NCBI GenBank assembly: GCA_965248265.1
Contig: CBDFJF010000002.1
Span: 2,880,001-2,944,000, forward strand
Length of the DNA: 64,000 nucleotides
Direction of reading: 5' to 3'
DNA from: Candidatus Latescibacterota bacterium
GTDB lineage: Bacteria > Latescibacterota > UBA2968 > UBA8231
The position numbers were made by a program, and so were the translations under genes. Each line of letters opens with the position of its first letter. Position 1 is the first letter of the stretch. The notes below the pieces were generated by a model. That model made no database searches and was not told where the DNA came from. It saw only the letters and a program-made list of their open reading frames with translations. Below are positions 59,614 through 64,000 of this stretch, in pieces.

Positions 59614-59705
59614 GTAGTGGATCCCTGTCGTTAACGGGTACGTAAACAATGCGTGCTGACGGGACGCGTCCGGTGGCACGGTATCTTGCGGCGAGCCCGG
59701 GTCTG

Positions 59706-59762
59706 AAATCGGGCAATAAGGTATGAGCCCGATGCGCCATCAAAATCGGGCAATAAGGTATG
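59706..59762. repeat. 20-bp direct repeat pair upstream of the mrp operon
   Basis: AAATCGGGCAATAAGGTATG at 59706-59725 and 59743-59762, with the inverted GCCCGAT between them. Confidence 0.9.
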
Positions 59763-59922
59763 CGCGAGGCTGTGAAAGTCAAGAAAAAACCGCATGTTGT
59801 GTACCAGAGGCGAGTCGAGATGCGCGCGCCGGCAAGGTCTTCCAAGCTCTTGTTCAACATCGGGCGCGTGCCTATCTTGCCGCTCTCAATTTCAGACTCA
59901 AACACCTGCGAAAGAGGATGAC

Positions 59923-60813
59923 ATGGCCACAGCAAAACCGGAAAAACCCAAACTGATTCAAGCATGCACTCTGGGCAGTTTGATGGGCTACGGGGACAAG
60001 AAGGGGGAGTGGACGGCTGTCCAGAAGCTCAGGCGCATCAAAAACGCGGGATTTGAAGGCTTCGTCGGTCGCGTCCACATGGTGACCAAAGACGAGGTGG
60101 CAGAGTCAGGACTGGTTTTCGCCTGCACCACCGACATGGGAAACGGCAAGACCGAGCCGATGCGCAAGCTAAAGCGCTGCAAGGCCTGGGGTGCGCGCGT
60201 CGTCAACGTCCAGATGCTCGACCACGATACCCTCACCCCCGAGGCAGTCCGGGTCGCCCGTGCGGTAATGGCGGCGGCGGACGAGCTCGAGCTCGACGTC
60301 TCGATCGAGGTCCACCGTGATACCTGCACGGAGACGCCTGAGAAGACATACGCCCTCGCAAAAGGATTCGAGAAGGCGGAGAAGAGACCGCTGAAGATGA
60401 CCTGGGATTTCTCGCACCCGGCCGTGATCAAGCATCTCAACCCACCATATTACAAACGGCTCATCGAGCGTCCGGACCTGGTGCAGCTGGCCAACCAGTT
60501 TCACTTCCGACCCTTCAACGGGCAGCATGCGCAGGTTCCAGCACTCGGTCCCGGCGGAAAGTTGACACCCGAGTTCATCGATTGGCTGGAGTTTGCCGAG
60601 CAGGTCCTGCGTCTATGGCTGAAAGCGGCGCCTGCGGGACGGGAGTTGTTCATCTGTCCCGAGCAGATCGGCGGAACCTACTTCCTCTCCGTGTTCGGCA
60701 ACCGCTTCACGGACGCCAAGGCGGTGCGGCGAGAGGTCGACAAGGCCTGGAAGCGCCAGCTGAAGAAGTGGCGTCCACCCCGCAAAGCGAAGGCTCGGAA
60801 GAAGCGCCGCTGA
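59923..60813 (+). CDS. Xylose isomerase-like TIM-barrel protein
   Basis: IKNAGFEG, IEVHRDTCTE, TWDFSH, HFRPFNGQHAQ, ICPE. Confidence 0.8.
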   Translation: MATAKPEKPKLIQACTLGSLMGYGDKKGEWTAVQKLRRIKNAGFEGFVGRVHMVTKDEVAESGLVFACTTDMGNGKTEPMRKLKRCKAWGARVVNVQMLDHDTLTPEAVRVARAVMAAADELELDVSIEVHRDTCTETPEKTYALAKGFEKAEKRPLKMTWDFSHPAVIKHLNPPYYKRLIERPDLVQLANQFHFRPFNGQHAQVPALGPGGKLTPEFIDWLEFAEQVLRLWLKAAPAGRELFICPEQIGGTYFLSVFGNRFTDAKAVRREVDKAWKRQLKKWRPPRKAKARKKRR

Positions 60814-60817
60814 CGGC

Positions 60818-62131
60818 ATGCACACCGTTGACAATACCGGTGAGCCGGCCCGTCACCGTGTGGGCGAAGTCGTCGAAGGCGTCCGCGACGGGTCGCTGGA
60901 TCTGCTCGCGCATGTCCACCAGATCTGCGATCGCATCGATGAGATCGAACCCCATCTGCAAGCGCTGGTACCCGAAGATGGCCGGCGCCAGCGAATGTTG
61001 GCTGAAGCACAAGGAATCCTCGGTCACATCGAGGAATCCGCCGACCTGCAACTGCCCGGTATCATCGTCGGCGTAAAGGACATCTTCCATGTAGACGGGT
61101 TCACGACCAGGGCAGGCTCGGAAATTCCATCAGAGCTGCTGCAGGGACCTGAAGCATCGTCGGTCACGCGCTTGCGGCAAGCCGGTGCGATCATTCTCGG
61201 CAAGACGGTGACGACGGAGTTCGCCGCTTTTGCCCCGGCGCCTACGAGAAATCCATACGATCCAAGACACACCCCCGGGGGGTCGAGCAGTGGTTCCGCG
61301 GCGGCCGTGGCCGTTGGCTACAGCCCGGTGGCCCTCGGTAGCCAGACCGCCGGCTCGGTAAACCGTCCGGCGGCATTTTGTGGCACCTGCGGCTTCAAGC
61401 CAACCTTCGATCGCATCGACATTGCCGGAGTGCTGGCGTGTGCGCCCACCGTCGACACGGTCGGTTTCTTCACCCAGGATGTCGACGGCCTGGTACGAGG
61501 CGCCGCGGTGCTGTGCGATGATTGGCATCCGCCTTCATCCGTAGAACAACCGGTGCTGGCTATTCCCGAGGGGCCCTACATCGATCAGGTCGATCCCGAG
61601 GCTCTTAATGTATTCAGATCACAAGTTGGGATGCTGGAACAGGCCGGTTATCGCGTAACGAGAGAGCCTGCATTCGCCGACATCGATACGATAATTCGGC
61701 GTCATCGACTGTTGCAGACGACGGAGATGTTCAGGGTCCATGCTGAGTGGTTCAGCGTCCACCAAGGGGTCTACCGCAAAGAAACGGCGGCCACGATCAA
61801 GGAAGGCAGCAACACCAGCGACTCCGATCTGGAGCGCGCCCGCGCCGGCACCAGCCAGTTGCGACAGGAACTCGAGCAGCAGATGGTCGATCGCGGCATC
61901 GACGCCTGGATCTGTCCGTCGGCGTTAGGGTCGGCGCCCGGCATGGATTCCACCGGGGATCCGGCCATGAACACACCGTGGACGCACTCACACCTGCCGG
62001 CCGTGTCTCTGCCTGGCGGCCGTACCGGCAACGGTCTGCCGGTGGGTTTTCAGTGTGTGGCAGCATGGGGTCAGGACGAGCAGCTACTGGAATGGTCTCG
62101 TGGTCTCGAACACGTAATCAGGGTCGAATGA
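60818..62131 (+). CDS. Amidase signature family protein
   Basis: GVKD, GKTVTTEFA, HTPGGSSSGSAAAVA, GSQTAGSVNRPAAFCG. Confidence 0.95.
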   Translation: MHTVDNTGEPARHRVGEVVEGVRDGSLDLLAHVHQICDRIDEIEPHLQALVPEDGRRQRMLAEAQGILGHIEESADLQLPGIIVGVKDIFHVDGFTTRAGSEIPSELLQGPEASSVTRLRQAGAIILGKTVTTEFAAFAPAPTRNPYDPRHTPGGSSSGSAAAVAVGYSPVALGSQTAGSVNRPAAFCGTCGFKPTFDRIDIAGVLACAPTVDTVGFFTQDVDGLVRGAAVLCDDWHPPSSVEQPVLAIPEGPYIDQVDPEALNVFRSQVGMLEQAGYRVTREPAFADIDTIIRRHRLLQTTEMFRVHAEWFSVHQGVYRKETAATIKEGSNTSDSDLERARAGTSQLRQELEQQMVDRGIDAWICPSALGSAPGMDSTGDPAMNTPWTHSHLPAVSLPGGRTGNGLPVGFQCVAAWGQDEQLLEWSRGLEHVIRVE

Positions 62132-62874
62132 ACGCGGAACAGATCTATCTCTTCGACCTTCAGGGTTACGTCGTTCTGAAAGGGGTAGTGGCACCGCAGA
62201 CGGTGGCCAAGGTTAATGAAGCGCTTGATCGTTTCGAGGAGATGGACCCGGCCGAATATCCTCCGCCTCTGAAGGTGGGCGATGAGCGCACTTCCGGGAA
62301 TCTTTTCCTCTCCAACGTTCTCGAAGGTGACCCCGCATTCCGTCCGCTCATCGACCTGCCACCCATCATCGATGTGATCTCCACAGTGACGGGTGGACCG
62401 TACCGGCTCAATCACACCTACGCCATCTATCGCTGGGGGGGCGGCTACACCCGCCTGCACATGCACGGCACACCCATCCAGCCCAAGTGTCACTATCGGT
62501 GCCACAATGGGCAGATGCTGTCGACTCTGACCAAGGCGGTGTTCCCGATGGTCGACGCGCGTGCGGAGGATGGATGCTTCGCCGTGTCCCCCGGGGCTCA
62601 CAAGAGCAACTTTCCCAGGCCGTGGGGAGACGAGCCGGTTGACAATCCCACGCTGATACCGGTTGAGGCCGACCCCGGCGACTGCATCATATTCACGGAA
62701 GCGCTGACGCATGGCTCCATGACGAATACTTCCGGGCGTCCCAGGCGCACGGTATATTATTGCTACAGCACCGGCTACATGCCCGACTGGGGTGGGCAGC
62801 ATTTGACGTTCAGCGATGCCGTCAACGACGGACTCTCCGACGCCCAGCAGGAAATCATCAAACTGAAGATGTGA
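62128..62874 (+). CDS. PhyH family oxygenase with a non-canonical metal motif
   Basis: YLFDLQGY, LHMHG, PGAHKSN, PGDCIIFTEALTHG. ATGA overlap with the amidase. Confidence 0.85.
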   Translation: MNAEQIYLFDLQGYVVLKGVVAPQTVAKVNEALDRFEEMDPAEYPPPLKVGDERTSGNLFLSNVLEGDPAFRPLIDLPPIIDVISTVTGGPYRLNHTYAIYRWGGGYTRLHMHGTPIQPKCHYRCHNGQMLSTLTKAVFPMVDARAEDGCFAVSPGAHKSNFPRPWGDEPVDNPTLIPVEADPGDCIIFTEALTHGSMTNTSGRPRRTVYYCYSTGYMPDWGGQHLTFSDAVNDGLSDAQQEIIKLKM

Positions 62875-63134
62875 GCACCGTTGAGATGCTGTCGATAACG
62901 AATTATCTGATTGACAATCCGATGATCGCCATGGGGCTTATCATCCTGGTGGTGCTATGCATCTACAATGTCTTGCGGCGGCAGGCCCGTGTGGCCATGG
63001 GTTCGTGGCTGCTGATCCTGGTCGTTCTCTTCTACATATATTCTCAGACGAGCCGGCCCGGTGCCGATGGCACAGATGAGCTCGACGAGGCGGAGCTGCC
63101 TGGTGACGCCATGGAAGAGCTTGTACAACCCTGA
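62871..63134 (+). CDS. Small two-TM hypothetical protein
   Basis: GTGA overlap with the upstream stop, two hydrophobic helices, acidic tail. Confidence 0.65.
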   Translation: MSTVEMLSITNYLIDNPMIAMGLIILVVLCIYNVLRRQARVAMGSWLLILVVLFYIYSQTSRPGADGTDELDEAELPGDAMEELVQP

Positions 63135-63260
63135 GGCGTCGACGAGATCGTCGGCGCCCCGTGACAGGTCGTCGATACCCGTGACGCCCATCACGCTGCC
63201 GGCTATTCCCCCCGGAATACCTTCCCCTGTACCCATGACGTCACCAGCGGAGTCGGCTGA

Positions 63261-64000
63261 ATGTATTCGATCAGCTTGAGTACCGATCGCCTGCGTCATC
63301 TGTTGCAGGAGATCGATGAAAACAACCTTGACTACCATCTACATCCAGCCAGGGATGTGCCTGGTCCGGGGGGCGGCGTCTATATCACAGCGCAGACGCG
63401 GTTGAATGCCAAGGTCCTGGACTGGATCGAGGGTCGCAATCCCTCTCCTGATTCGACGACCTACCTGGATGTCGTCTTCGTACATGAAGGACAGGAGCCA
63501 CCTAGGCCCGGGGCGAAAACCGAGCCCGGGTTGCCGCCTGGCCTGGCTCCCACGGAGGATGACGAGCCTGCACAAGAAAGCAAGGAGAAGGCGGAGAAAC
63601 GAGCGGAAACTACCTCGAAGAAAGTGGTTTCGACCGCCAAGGAGCTCGCAGCTGATGCCGAGCGTGTGTACCGCAACATCGGTACTCACGACTTTTCCGT
63701 GTCGGATCTCGACAAGCCGGACGTTCAGGCCAGCATGCGAGAGTTCGAACGCGGCTTCCGTAGTTTTCGTGGTGCAGTGAGGAAGGCGCTCGACGAGTAC
63801 CTGAACGGCAATACTCTGGTTATGGACCTGATCCTCAAGTTCCAGCTGGACAAGCCGACGGTTCAACACGCCCTCAGTGTCGCCGCCTTCGCGACGGAGA
63901 TGACTACCCTGCTGGCCATGAAGGAAGGAGAGGGTGACGAAGCACAGCTGCAGGCCTACTTCGGCGACCTATCGAACGTACACCTGATGGAATTGCTCGG
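63261..64000 (+). CDS. Possible HD/HD-GYP domain protein (runs off the window)
   Basis: Manual translation gives an open frame from ATG 63261 with a GGAG RBS. TVQHALSVAAFATEM resembles the first HD-domain helix. Confidence 0.55.
   Translation, partial: MYSISLSTDRLRHLLQEIDENNLDYHLHPARDVPGPGGGVYITAQTRLNAKVLDWIEGRNPSPDSTTYLDVVFVHEGQEPPRPGAKTEPGLPPGLAPTEDDEPAQESKEKAEKRAETTSKKVVSTAKELAADAERVYRNIGTHDFSVSDLDKPDVQASMREFERGFRSFRGAVRKALDEYLNGNTLVMDLILKFQLDKPTVQHALSVAAFATEMTTLLAMKEGEGDEAQLQAYFGDLSNVHLMELL

Noticed and set aside
59674-59690. TGGCACGGTATCTTGC as a sigma-54 promoter
   Set aside because: GG-to-GC spacing is 11 nt, not the required 10
59706-59762. Mini CRISPR array
   Set aside because: Only two 20-bp copies with a 17-bp spacer, and no cas genes

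Overview
A GC-rich (roughly 60% by eye) bacterial chromosomal segment packed with catabolic and accessory enzymes. It holds five phytanoyl-CoA-dioxygenase-like proteins, three Gfo/Idh/MocA oxidoreductases, two SDRs, an aldo-keto reductase, four TIM-barrel isomerase/dehydratase-like proteins, two gluconolactonases, two SGNH hydrolases and several divergent glycoside-hydrolase-like proteins. It also has alanine racemase, a complete mrpEFG-B'B-C-D-D-x-D Na+/H+ antiporter operon, three type II toxin-antitoxin pairs and one intact IS630 element. The gene content resembles marine Latescibacterota/Poribacteria-type genomes (inference only). No rRNA, tRNA or CRISPR array was seen. The most unusual signals are: (i) an orphan 'mini-FliF' ring-domain membrane protein next to a gene sharing its C-terminal helix; (ii) a complete sigma-54 promoter architecture driving an unannotated 34-46 aa membrane micropeptide; (iii) an SGNH hydrolase with a Cys-His-Asn triad; (iv) a kinase-methyltransferase fusion in reverse WbdD order; (v) other enzymes with swapped catalytic residues; (vi) a repeat/alternative-hairpin leader upstream of mrp; (vii) three apparently leaderless TA operons with visible operator repeats. 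Several single-base frameshifts may be sequencing errors. All family calls come from motif recognition by eye, with no database search.
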